DNA of 63,984 bases, the filler included, from Octopus bimaculoides (Eukaryota), in the NCBI RefSeq assembly GCF_001194135.2. It is 4 parts of 4 records of this genome, joined end to end, with 100 filler letters (N's around TTAATTAATTAA, not from the genome) between each part and the next. Parts side by side here need not be neighbours in the genome. Positions count along the whole stretch, not along the records: positions 27,868 to 50,250 come from NC_068983.1; positions 50,351 to 63,984 come from NC_068981.1; 2 more parts are not named here. One strand, written 5' to 3'. Positions 39,803-52,922 of the stretch are shown here, piece by piece (position 1 is the stretch's first letter; every line of letters begins with the position of its first letter). A program made the position numbers and the translations under genes. Below the pieces are notes generated by a model, which saw only the letters and a program-made list of their open reading frames with translations, had not been told where the DNA came from and made no database searches.

Positions 39803-39860
39803 ATGGCGTAGTGGTTAAGAGCGCGGGCTACTAACGCCAAGATTCCGAGTTCGATTTCAT
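39803..39860 (+). mobile_element. Short tRNA-derived SINE head, not a functional tRNA
   Basis: A box TGGCGTAGTGG and B box GAGTTCGATTT. It lies between an (ATT)n array and an AAT tail and has no acceptor stem. Confidence 0.7.
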
Positions 39861-40564
39861 AATAATANNNNNNNNNNNNNNNNNNNNNNNNNNNNNNNNN
39901 NNNNNNNNNNNNNNNNNNNNNNNNNNNNNNNNNNNNNNNNNNNNNNNNNNNNNNNNNNNNNNNNNNNNNNNNNNNNNNNNNNNNNNNNNNNNNNNNNNNN
40001 NNNNNNNNNNNNNNNNNNNNNNNNNNNNNNNNNNNNNNNNNNNNNNNNNNNNNNNNNNNNNNNNNNNNNNNNNNNNNNNNNNNNNNNNNNNNNNNNNNNN
40101 NNNNNNNNNNNNNNNNNNNNNNNNNNNNNNNNNNNNNNNNNNNNNNNNNNNNNNNNNNNNNNNNNNNNNNNNNNNNNNNNNNNNNNNNNNNNNNNNNNNN
40201 NNNNNNNNNNNNNNNNNNNNNNNNNNNNNNNNNNNNNNNNNNNNNNNNNNNNNNNNNNNNNNNNNNNNNNNNNNNNNNNNNNNNNNNNNNNNNNNNNNNN
40301 NNNNNNNNNNNNNNNNNNNNNNNNNNNNNNNNNNNNNNNNNNNNNNNNNNNNNNNNNNNNNNNNNNNNNNNNNNNNNNNNNNNNNNNNNNNNNNNNNNNN
40401 NNNNNNNNNNNNNNNNNNNNNNNNNNNNNNNNNNNNNNNNNNNNNNNNNNNNNNNNNNNNNNNNNNNNNNNNNNNNNNNNNNNNNNNNNNNNNNNNNNNN
40501 NNNNNNNNNNNNNNNNNNNNNNNNNNNNNNNNNNNNNNNNNNNNNNNNNNNNNNNNNNNNNNNN

Positions 40565-40634
<70 letters not shown>

Positions 40635-42469
40635 GCTCGCTCGCTCGCTTTGTCACTGTTTTTACTCTTATCATACACTTTATCACTCGTTGAAGTTTTA
40701 TTTCTTTGTTATTTTATCACATTACCTCTCTAATTCCCCAGCCCAATTGTAGAGATTTATCTTCTTTACATTTCTCGCAAATACTCATTACCTTTTGCTC
40801 TGTCAGTTGTTTTTTCATCCCTAACTTGATTTAACTGTCTGCTCATGACTGCTGGCTCCCACCCTGTGAATCTGCCACCGATTTATTTATCTACCAAATC
40901 TACCAATTTTTATAATGTTTTCTCTGTCTGTCACTTCTTTCAGTACAGCTATCACATTATACTTCCTTCGTGGAAGGATTATTTGAGATTTAAACACCTT
41001 GATGTTCACCATAACAACAAAATCTCATAGTTGATTACATAATACTAAAAGGCCACATTACCGGTCAAAGGACTCGATTAGCTTTTCATATACAGAAAGA
41101 AAATTAGGCTGAAAGAAAGAAAAAGCAAGGGGTATTCATCCATAAATAACACATATACATGCATAAATGTTTATATGAGAAAGACACAGACACACAGACA
41201 GACAGAGAGAAAGAAAGAAGAGAGTAAACAAAAAAATAGACAAACAGACAGACAGACAGACANNNNNNNNNNCCGCCAAATGTAAATAATGTACATAATT
41301 CCTCATCTCTCAAATATAGAACCGTATTGCCTATATTTTTGTAATAGACATTGACTTCAGGAAAAATTACTTAGATAATGGGCTGTGCTTCACTCTCTGT
41401 CTCTCTCCCCCCTCTCTCTCTCTCTCACACACACACATATCTATATATATTGAGAGAGATTTATGTATGCACGTGTATGGTTACATATATATATACATAT
41501 GCATATATATATGCATATATATACATGTATGTATATATGTATACATACACACACATACATATACACTCATATCTAGCTATCTATCTATCTATATATATAT
41601 ATATATATATATATATNNNNNNNNNNNNNNNNNNNNNNNNNNNNNNNNNNNNNNNNNNNNNNNNNNNNNNNNNNNNNNNNNNNNNNNNNNNNNNNNNNNN
41701 NNNNNNNNNNNNNNNNNNNNNNNNNNNNNNNNNNNNNNNNNNNNNNNNNNNNNNNNNNNNNNNNNNNNNNNNNNNNNNNNNNNNNNNNNNNNNNNNNNNN
41801 NNNNNNNNNNNNNNNNNNNNNNNNNNNNNNNNNNNNNNNNNNNNNNNNNNNNNNNNNNNNNNNNNNNNNNNNNNNNNNNNNNNNNNNNNNNNNNNNNNNN
41901 NNNNNNNNNNNNNNNNNNNNNNNNNNNNNNNNNNNNNNNNNNNNNNNNNNNNNNNNNNNNNNNNNNNNNNNNNNNNNNNNNNNNNNNNNNNNNNNNNNNN
42001 NNNNNNNNNNNNNNNNNNNNNNNNNNNNNNNNNNNNNNNNNNNNNNNNNNNNNNNNNNNNNNNNNNNNNNNNNNNNNNNNNNNNNNNNNNNNNNNNNNNN
42101 NNNNNNNNNNNNNNNNNNNNNNNNNNNNNNNNNNNNNNNNNNNNNNNNNNNNNNNNNNNNNNNNNNNNNNNNNNNNNNNNNNNNNNNNNNNNNNNNNNNN
42201 NNNNNNNNNNNNNNNNNNNNNNNNNNNNNNNNNNNNNNNNNNNNNNNNNNNNNNNNNNNNNNNNNNNNNNNNNNNNNNNNNNNNNNNNNNNNNNNNNNNN
42301 NNNNNNNNNNNNNNNNNNNNNNNNNNNNNNNNNNNNNNNNNNNNNNNNNNNNNNNNNNNNNNNNNNNNNNNNNNNNNNNNNNNNNNNNNNNNNNNNNNNN
42401 NNNNNNNNNNNNNNNNNNNNNNNNCAGACAGACAGACAGACAGGCAGACAGACAGACAGACAGACAGAC

Positions 42470-42506
<37 letters not shown>

Positions 42507-43033
42507 TATAGATAGATAGATAGATAGATAGATAAAGTAGGTAGGTATGTAGGTACGTACGTGGGTAGGTAAGTAAAATAAAATAAAATAACTACCGTCT
42601 GATTTCATTTCGAAAATGTCACCAGATTTTTAGTACGAACACAATAAATATCTGGAAGTTATAACGTTGTGTTCAGCTGAATAAATATTTTTTATTTATT
42701 TCCATTCCAAATGACATTTATTAAGGTAAAGCTGAAGGCTGTTTTAGCAAACTAAACATGTTTGAAGATCAATGCAGTTTTTGATTACTAGATACTTTTG
42801 AGAGAACTGAAGAAGAAAAACGGAGCTCACCATGATAGCTGGAATTCACACCAAGTTCTTGATGTTGATGCAAAGGCCTGTACTTTCCAAGTCATTTTCT
42901 CCAATTGAAAACAAAGAAAATCCCAAAATATCTACACTCACACTAACATAAGATCCACAATTATACGTACGTACGTACGCACATACATATGTGTGTATAT
43001 ATCTTTCTATTTCTATAGATCTGTCTATCTATT

Positions 43034-43084
<51 letters not shown>

Positions 43085-43656
43085 NNNNNNNNNNNNNNNN
43101 NNNNNNNNNNNNNNNNNNNNNNNNNNNNNNNNNNNNNNNNNNNNNNNNNNNNNNNNNNNNNNNNNNNNNNNNNNNNNNNNNNNNNNNNNNNNNNNNNNNN
43201 NNNNNNNNNNNNNNNNNNNNNNNNNNNNNNNNNNNNNNNNNNNNNNNNNNNNNNNNNNNNNNNNNNNNNNNNNNNNNNNNNNNNNNNNNNNNNNNNNNNN
43301 NNNNNATATGGTTGTGCGTGTGTAACTGTGATGTATCGTTTCATATTTTTAGGTGTGTTTGCAAGTATGAGATTTGAAGGACTTTTGTTTGTATTGTTTC
43401 AATTATTTTTTTTTTCGCTTATGTGTGTGCGTGAGGTAGAAAGAGAGAGAATACGTGTATGTGTGTATGTATGTATGTATGTATGTATGCATGCATGCAT
43501 GTATGTATACGTGAGTATTTGGCTGTGTGCGTACGTTCTTTATCGTGTCATATGTTGTTATTGTTATAGTACTTTTATTTTATATTTTTCTTTGTTTTTG
43601 CTTCTGTTGTTGATTTTAATTTTTTTCTTCTTTGTTTCTTCTGTGTGTTTAATGTA

Positions 43657-44663
<1,007 letters not shown>

Positions 44664-44679
44664 ATTGTAGTTGTTGTTG

Positions 44680-44896
44680 TTGGTTAGTTCCAGGTTAAGC
44701 CCAAGCAAGGATCTATGATCAAAGAGATTCCATTCCATAATTTTTCAAAATTTCATCCTTAAAGACCCCATCCTTCACCTAAGTGCAAGGAGGCGAGGAC
44801 CGTGTTATCCAATGTATTTTCCTTCTAAGACAGTGGAATGAGAGTTGAGAAAGATTTAGCTACTATTTCTAACAGATCGAGCAACCATACAGAGGC
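44680..44896 (+). mobile_element. Family C SINE-like element
   Basis: GTTAGTTCCAGGTTAAGCCC..TATGATCAAAG..TTATCCAATGT..GCTACTATTTCTAACAGATCGAG..AGAGGC matches the 24.5, 30.0 and 38.7 kb modules. Confidence 0.6.
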
Positions 44897-45500
44897 GGCG
44901 GCGGATAGCGTTTTCATGTCATGACCGCCTCTGGACCGGACGATGGGATCCCGGGGCCGCAATATGCGTTCGTGGTGTCGATGTTCACTGAGTCCTGCAA
45001 TTCGCATCAGTTCACGCAGATAGCCGCGCTCTTCATCGACAGATGAACCGAGTGATTCCCCGTCCAGGGTTTCAGTATTTGCGACTACTACTACTACTAC
45101 TGACAACCACGTACGGAAAGGGACGCGGCGCATTCTCCGAGAAGGAAGAAAATAAGAAACGAAACGGAAATCGAGTGGCGGCAGCAGCGGAACAGCGCGC
45201 CATTGCTGACGCCAGCCGCGACGGCCGCCGGCGGACGCGGGAGAGAAAGGAAGGAAGGAAGGAAGACTGAGAGAAAATGAAACGGTCGTGGAGCTGCAAC
45301 GCGCGCTGGTTGTTGGGCGGGCGCCGGCTGGATGAGACGTGCGCAGTCGACAGCGAGCGTGGCATCGGAGCGGGCGGCCGCACTGCTGCTGCAATGTTAG
45401 AGGGCCGACGAAGATGAAGGTGAAGGGGCCCGGCCACGGCTTACGAATGGCGCGGATCGCATTTGATTGCGTTCGTCACCACTGCGTTCGTCACCACCGA
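44897..45500. promoter_or_regulatory. GC/CpG-rich island; candidate promoter or first exon
   Basis: 47/60 G+C at 45181-45240 and 43/60 at 45301-45360, with dense CpG in an otherwise AT-rich window. No orientation or gene identity could be established. Confidence 0.45.
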
Positions 45501-46639
45501 ATAAGTATGATTTGGTTGCATGTACCATGCTTTCGTTCTTTTAGCTGCTTATGCAAGCGTAAATGGACATAGACACACTATCGGCCCTCCTACCAAATAC
45601 CGAGCGGATTGATGACCGAGGAAGAAGCGTTCTGGCTTCGACGGCTAGAGTAATGTGAAATGATATGATTTACCCAATGTCCCGCCCGATCCAGAAACTG
45701 AACCCATGGTCATACGATCGTGAATACAACTACCTACTATTAGCATCGTCAGCATCGCCACTTTTATATAGGTACATTTTAAATTGCTATCATTGAAGCA
45801 CTGGTTTTTCTACATATGGCACCACACCTAACACAGATGCGCGCAAATAGACGTAGGGACATACAGACATTCTCGAAAGCACACACATGCACACAAATGA
45901 ACACACTTACACGCATACATCATACCGACTCTCACACGCATAATTCACTTGCAAACGCTCACATACACACACACACATTTAGATTCTTCCAAGCGCACTT
46001 GCATACACAGAGAGGCAAACAAACTTTCAGCAACCGTACATATTCCAACTCATACACACTCACATCTACGAACATACTCGCGCGTATATACACAAAGGCA
46101 CATAAGCACACACACGTACTGATTGTTGGCATAATGCTGGCTAGTTCTTATTACATAACAGGTGTGGTAATATATTCTGTAGTCGCTCATGTGTAATTGT
46201 CGCAGCAGTTTTACAGCTGGCCATCTTTTCTAGCACCAATTACAGCTATTTAAAAACAAAAACAGGCTTATCTTCTTGTATTCGTCTGTCAGCCACCCCT
46301 ATAATTGACATGCCCATTATTGTCATTCTATTTCTTCAGTTTCTCAAGAAACTGACAGCCCTGAAAGAATTTATCAGGAGATCTTGAAACAGAAAAGATA
46401 ATTTGAATTACTTGAAAATGCAGCAGAACAACAGATGTTTTTACAATTTTTTGGACTGAATTGGGCAACAATTTCTTGGCTTCTTAGCTGTAAGCCTTAC
46501 CAAACTGCCAGTCTGTTACACTGTTAGTTACCAAACTATTTACATCAAATCGACATTCTTCAACTGTTTTCTCACATTCTTTATAAAACATTTCTAGTTC
46601 AAGCCAACACGGAGGCTTCTTGGTGATTCTTTTATTTTA

Positions 46640-47158
46640 TTTGTTTCTGCCATTGGATTGCAGCCAAACTGGGGTGCTACCTTGAAGGGTTTCAAATCGC
46701 ACCCAAGGTTCTTCCTTTAAGTCAAGTACTTATTCTAAGGTCGTTATTCGGCCGAAACGCTGAGTTATGGGGTCATAAACAGATCAATGCTCATTGTCCA
46801 GCACTGAGACAAACACAACATAAATATTGACGCACACACTCACACATAGATACATACATACTCTCAAACACGCACACAAACATACACCTACACGCGCACA
46901 CACAATCACACACACACACACAGATATATACATTCATACATACATACATACATACATACATACATACATACATACATACATACATACATACATACATACA
47001 TACAACAGCCGGGCTTCCACACAGTTTCTGTCTCCCTACTTCATTGACAATGCAATTGTCGACCCGGAACTATAATAAAAGTCTTGTCCAAAATTGTTCA
47101 CAGTAGGACTAAACCCGAAACTACGTGTTAATGAAGTCAGCTCTTAACTCACAGCCTT
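46640..47158 (-). mobile_element. Old diverged family A SINE with central (TACA)n
   Basis: Degenerate 3' body at 46640-46800 and degenerate head at 47005-47158. Confidence 0.65.
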
Positions 47159-47211
47159 GTTTGTGGTCATTTACACAACTTTAACCATTTTTGAAAAAGC
47201 GTATGTGTGTG

Positions 47212-47243
<32 letters not shown>

Positions 47244-47624
47244 CTGTGTATTCTATTGTGTGTTCTAACTACACATTTGTGTACGCATATCCACACCAGA
47301 TTTCAACTCTTTGTTCGTTTCTGATTATGAATGTACGTTTGTATGTGTGTATGTGTGTATGTATGTGGGTATATGAAGTAGTAGTAGTAGTAGTANNNNN
47401 NNNNNAGGAGGAGGATTTGTAGAATACTTGGTAACAAAAGCAAACATCTGGTCTGACTTAGAGGCATGTTGAAGTCATTTAGTTGGATGTAGACTTACTC
47501 CACCCCAACACCACCAAAAGATACCAGATTATCCATGTCTAGAATTAACTATTGAAAAGCTGAAAACTCCTGATTATTATTATTATTATTATTATTATTA
47601 TCATTATTATTATTATTATTATTA

Positions 47625-47826
47625 TTGGATGGCATTTCGTCTGTCTTTAAGTTCTGAGTTCAAATTCCATCGAAATTGAAGTTGCCTTTCATCCTTTTGG
47701 GGTCGTTGAAATAGGTACCAGAAAGGCACTGGGGTCGATATAATTGACTAGCCCCCTCCTCAAAGATTTCAGGTCTTGAGCTTTTAGTAGAAAGGATTAT
47801 TATTATTTTTATTATCATCATCATCA

Positions 47827-47893
<67 letters not shown>

Positions 47894-48790
47894 CATCATC
47901 ATCATCATCATCATTATTGGTGAGCTGGCAGAATCGTTATAGCTTCTGAAGAAATATTTTACATTATTTCTTCTGGTTCAAATTGCTCTAAAGTCAACTT
48001 TACCTTTTATTCTTTCTGGGCCTCTCCCTCGTAACATTTGTAGGCCTTTTGCCAAAATTAGAACGCGTTAACGATCTTCTTATTTCAATATAATCCCCCT
48101 CCCACCCAGTATTCAACTAGTACTTATTTTATCGACCCCGAAAGGATAAAAGACAAAGTCGATCTCGGCGAAATTTCAACTTAGTCGACTTCAACGGAAT
48201 TTTATCCCGCGTCTTAATGATTCTGGCAACTCGCATCTTAAATGGTTTACAAATAATGAAATGTTTTCTTAAAACTCTACCGAAAAACTAGTAAAAGTCT
48301 TTAAATTTCTTCAGGCAAATTACATTATTGCTTATAGTAAATTTCCCATGAATTTGCGTTTGGATGATTTTCTTGAATGCTGAAACTCAGGAAGATCTTG
48401 CAACGTTCTCCTGCTTCGTTACTTGTGTCACTTAGATTTTCAAGGAATTTATCAAGGTGATTGTGGAGACAGGGTCGTTTTATGGTCATGTTTGCCCCCA
48501 ACTTTTGAAAGTTCTCCAGCATGTTGTCCCCAAATTTTCAGCACTTGTGTCTATAGTAGAAAGAATTGCTATTATCATTAATACGGTGAGCTGGCAGAAT
48601 CGTTAGTTTACCAGACAAAATGCCAAGCAGCATTTCGCCCGTCTTTACGTTCTGAGTTCAAATTCTGCTGAGGTCGACTTTGCCATCCATCCTTTTGAGG
48701 ATAAGTACCAGTTGAGCACGGGGATTGATGTAATCGACTTTCTCTCCCGAAATTGCTAGACTTGTGTCAAAATTTGATATCATCATCGTC
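47625..48790. mobile_element. Cluster of four family B SINE copies among (ATT)n arrays
   Basis: About 47625-47800 (+), 47918-48065 (+), 48115-48235 (-) and 48585-48790 (+). Confidence 0.8.
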
Positions 48791-48954
48791 GTCATTATTA
48801 TTATTATATAACTTTTCAATATTTGGTAGATTAAGACAAATTTCTACTACATCACCTGCTACACCTCTGTGTTGCTGGGGTGTGTACAGCATTGTGCGTT
48901 CTTTTCTGCTGTTGGGAGTGTGCATACTCTTCCCGGTACTGTCTCGTGTTGTTG

Positions 48955-49958
48955 TTATTATTATTATTATTGAGTGAGAGAGCAAGATAAACAATGCATA
49001 ATCTTGCAGGTGGGGCTCAGTTAGAATTTTATTCGGGTCGAGTAGCCTATCCCGCTCAAAAAATCCCTGAATAAGGGTTGTTTAAGGATGTTCAACGAAA
49101 CACTTATGTTTCCAAAGGTGAATTATCCAAACCCCAAAGTATTCATCTCAACACATAGGTATGATGCTCCCCCACTAGTTCTGCTCGTGATCAGAGATGT
49201 GCATATCATCAACCACTAAGGGACATGCTCTCAACTGATTACGGTCAAACGACTGACAAGCAAATTTGTGGTACTGAGCAGAATATTTGCTGTAGCCCAT
49301 CTTTTTCACCAGGACAAAACGATGCACATTATAACACTTCCAATCAGTTATGATCACAAGCTATGCGGGCCACTTCCTGGTACTGCATCTATTATTATTA
49401 TTATTATTGAGTGAGAAAGCTGTGCATGCCATCAAAGTGACACTGGGGTAAAATATACGAAGCCCAGTATACCCATCATGACTACCCGTCTGATAAGGGT
49501 ACACCAGGCACATGCATCACAACCATATATGCGTGATATGGTGATCTCATATCAAGATAAACAGCGCATGACCTCGCAGGTGGAGCCCAGTTAGTATTTT
49601 CTTCAGCTCGAGTAGCCCATCCCGCTCAAAAGGTCCCTGAATAAGTTTTGTTTAAGGATGTTGAGCAAAACACCCATGTTTCCAATGGTGAATTTTTCAA
49701 ACTCCAAAGAATTCCTCTCAACACATGGCTATGATGCTCCCGCACTACTTCTGCTCATGATCAGATATGCACATATCGTCAGCCACCAAGGGACATGCTC
49801 AACTGGTTAAGGTGAAACAACTGGCAAGCAAATCTGTGGTATTGAGCAGAATATTTGCTGTAGCCCATCTTTTATACCAAGACAAAACAATGTACATGAT
49901 AACACTTCCAATCAGTTAAGATCGGAAGCCATGAGAGTCACTACCTGGTACTGCATCC
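48955..49958 (-). mobile_element. Head-to-tail dimer of an (AAT)n-tailed retroposon, family G
   Basis: Bodies 48972-49389 and 49409-49958 align along their length. The first lacks about 140 bp between GAGTGAGAGAGC and AAGATAAACA. Confidence 0.88.
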
Positions 49959-49964
49959 AGGTAT

Positions 49965-50250
49965 TTATTATTATTATTATTGTTCAGTAGTTTTATTTTT
50001 ATAACGTGCTTTCACTTCACTACCGAGCGCAGCTCTGTGCGCCTTGGGTATGTGCTGTGGTTTGCTGTGGTGCTCTTATGTTTACTGTATTGAAAGTGTT
50101 TTGCGTAGAATGTGTGCAGTACCCAGTAGTGCAATTTTCTGTATGTTATATATATTTGTAAGTCCTGGTGTTTTTGTTATGTATTTGTCTGAATATCTTT
50201 TTATTATACCTAAGGCACCTACTATGATAGGAATTGTTTCTGTTTTTAGA
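49965..50250 (-). mobile_element. 3' end of an R4/Dong-type LINE with open C-terminal frame, 3' UTR and (AAT)n tail
   Basis: 50249-50082 reads LKTETIPIIVGALGIIKRYSDKYITKTPGLTNIYNIQKIALLGTAHILRKTLSIQ*, matching the P.V.GALG / LLGTAHILR end of R4-clade ORFs. Truncated by an artificial gap. Confidence 0.88.
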
Positions 50251-50429
50251 NNNNNNNNNNNNNNNNNNNNNNNNNNNNNNNNNNNNNNNNNNNNTTAATT
50301 AATTAANNNNNNNNNNNNNNNNNNNNNNNNNNNNNNNNNNNNNNNNNNNNTATATATACACGCATAAACATGTATGTATATACATACATATAATAAATAT
50401 ATACACACCTGTATGTTTATCCTTAAACA

Positions 50430-50514
50430 AGAATGTTATTGACAGAGACTTCGAAGTTTCGGCCAGTTAACCCATCGTCGACTGAAACTTCCAAGTCACT
50501 GTCAACAACATTCT
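50430..50514. other. 85-nt near-perfect hairpin (pre-miRNA-like or mini-MITE)
   Basis: 33 paired positions: 29 Watson-Crick, 1 G-T and 3 single mismatches, with a loop of about 19 nt. Confidence 0.6.
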
Positions 50515-51328
50515 CTGGAAAAGTATAGAGTAACTTCTCAGATTTACTCTATACTTTAAAATCGTGTAAAGTTGTTTTTATTACAACTAAACATGAAAAC
50601 AAAACATTAATATACATGTATGTGTGTATATTGTATGAGTGTGTGGGTATGGTGTATATATGTGTGTGTGAGTGTGTGTGTGTGTACATATATGTATATA
50701 TGTTTATGCATATATAAATATATATATATACGCGTATATGTGTGTATATACGCGTATATGTGTGTATATACGCGTATATATGTATAAATGTATGTACATA
50801 TGTGTACATAAATGTGTGTGTGTTTGTTTGTTTTTGTGTGTGCATAGTATGAGTGTGTATTTTGCAAATGGCTATATTATTAATAAAGTCATGTCCACAT
50901 TCTTTTTATGAAAAGTAGAGAGAATATCGTAATTAGAGGTCGGACTAGAACTAAAAGCAACTGAAAAAAGATATTTTGTCATTTTATGTATATAATATTA
51001 GAAGTAGATGTTTCTCATATCTGCATACACATTTTATGGATTCACTGCTAAAGTCAATGTTATTAGTATTTTAGCTACACCACTTAGAATATAAAACAAT
51101 TTCAAATATCAGTCAGTACCTATTTCCTATCAAATCTTGAATATGCATTACTCGTATGATATCCTGCCGAATACCTGCAATTCTAATATTTTATGTTCGA
51201 TTATTATAATGCATTTTTCTGTGTGCCTGCTAATTTTCTTAAAGGATAAAGTAATTCACTTGACACACGTACAAAAGCACTTGGTCATACACATGCGTGT
51301 GTGTGTGTATGGGTATATAATCATATAT

Positions 51329-51360
<32 letters not shown>

Positions 51361-51717
51361 NNNNNNNNNNNNNNNNNNNNNNNNNNNNNNNNNNNNNNNN
51401 NNNNNNNNNNNNNNNNNNNNNNNNNNNNNNNNNNNNNNNNNNNNNNNNNNNNNNNNNNNNNNNNNNNNNNNNNNNNNNNNNNNNNNNNNNNNNNNNNNNN
51501 NNNNNNNNNNNNNNNNNNNNNNNNNNNNNNNNNNNNNNNNNNNNNNNNNNNNNNNNNNNNNNNNNNNNNNNNNNNNNNNNNNNNNNNNNNNNNNNNNNNN
51601 NNNNNNNNNNNNNNNNNNNNNNNNNNNNNNNNNNNNNNNNNNNNNNNNNNNNNNNNNNNNNNNNNNNNNNNNNNNNNNNNNNNNNNNNNNNNNNNNNNNN
51701 NNNNNNNNNNNNNNNNN

Positions 51718-51752
<35 letters not shown>

Positions 51753-51796
51753 TGATGAAGGAAACGGAAGATATATTTAGCACTAGTCTTTATTCG

Positions 51797-51901
51797 GTAC
51801 GACGATCGTTTCGATCCATCCTGCCACTGTCTGTTATGGGTAGGATTTTGTGCATCTAACTGTCTCGCATCAATCTGTGTAGTTTGTGTCACATCAGGTA
51901 C
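51797..51901 (-). ncRNA. Hammerhead-like motif with CUGAUGU core and long stem II insert
   Basis: GTAC-CTGATGT-GA..ATCCTACC..TGGCAGGAT.GGATC-GAAAC-GATC-GTC^GTAC, followed by AATAAA. Confidence 0.55.
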
Positions 51902-51974
51902 ATGCATAAAGAAGGAGATACCCCGCTAGATATACTGAGATGTCTTAGCCATGTTATTCGAACCTGCTGTATTA

Positions 51975-52262
51975 GGATAGACTTTCCCTTCGAGGACGAC
52001 CTATGAGTGTTCAGATTTTTACCGAACGACCTACACAAATGATTTGTTTATGGTGATCAAATATTATGTGCTGTACATTAGCTCACTGTCTCCATCAAAT
52101 TAACATAGTTTGAACAGGGGCACGGTGTACTCGTCACGTGTCAAAGTGATTGCAGAACAACGTGAGATGAAGTGTTTTGCTCAAGAGTACAACGCACACG
52201 CAGTCTAGGAATTGAAACCAAAATCTTACGATTGTGAGTGCAACATCGTTACCACTATCTTA
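51975..52262 (-). mobile_element. tRNA-derived CORE-like SINE, family F
   Basis: Reverse complement: TAGTGGTAACGATGTTGCACTCAC..GGTTTCAATTCCTAG..GTACTCTTGAGCAAAACACTTCAT. A related head fragment lies at about 45670-45740. Confidence 0.7.
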
Positions 52263-52263
52263 C

Positions 52264-52310
<47 letters not shown>

Positions 52311-52629
52311 CTTTTCAGAATTCGATGGAATCAAGGTATTTAAATAGCGAAGCACCGAATAAAGAAAATACAAATTTATCCTTCCAGCTTTGCACATGCT
52401 CACAAGTACTGACCAAATACACAACGTGTATGCGGAGCCACACAAGAATACGTTCCGGTATGTAGTCACCTATAGGCTCAACATCCAACGTAGGGATTGC
52501 ACTGAGTGTAGTGAAGTGTAAACAATAACATAGATGGGTTGAGGTTTACTAGAGGTGTTTCAAACGAGTTCTTCATTGATGAATAAAAATATTACATCAT
52601 GTAAAAATTTAACATTTAGAATTTTTCAC

Positions 52630-52853
52630 ATAAATAGAACATTGCCATTTCTATTAAAGGCACAAAGCCTGAAATTTGGCGTGAGAAAACTAGTCGATTA
52701 CATTGATCCCAGTGTTTCACTGATACTTCATTTATCGACCATGAAAGGATGAAAGACAAGTCGACCTCGGCAGAATTTGAACTCAGAACGTAAAATGGAC
52801 GAAATGCCGCTTAGCATTTGCCCGGCGTGCTAACGATTCTGCCAGCTCACTGC
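52630..52853 (-). mobile_element. SINE family B, near full length
   Basis: Reverse-complement match including the head GTGAGCTGGCAGAATCGTTAGCACGCCGGGC. Confidence 0.88.
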
Positions 52854-52922
52854 CATAAATAGAACATAATGCGTGTTGAGTCTCCCATCGAGAGAATCAA
52901 CACGCCTTATGTTCTGTTTATG
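52854..52922. other. 69-nt near-perfect hairpin (pre-miRNA-like)
   Basis: CATAAATAGAACATAATGCGTGTTGAGTCTC pairs with GAGAATCAACACGCCTTATGTTCTGTTTATG with 2 mismatches and 1 G-T. Confidence 0.6.

Noticed and set aside
39803-39860. Possible tRNA gene
   Set aside because: It has A and B boxes only, no acceptor stem, and is embedded in AAT/ATT repeats, so it is treated as a SINE head.
44825-44896. SAAASVWLLDLLE resembling the BMP prodomain SAPMFMLDLY
   Set aside because: This part of the ORF is the antisense of a family C SINE, so the similarity is probably coincidental.
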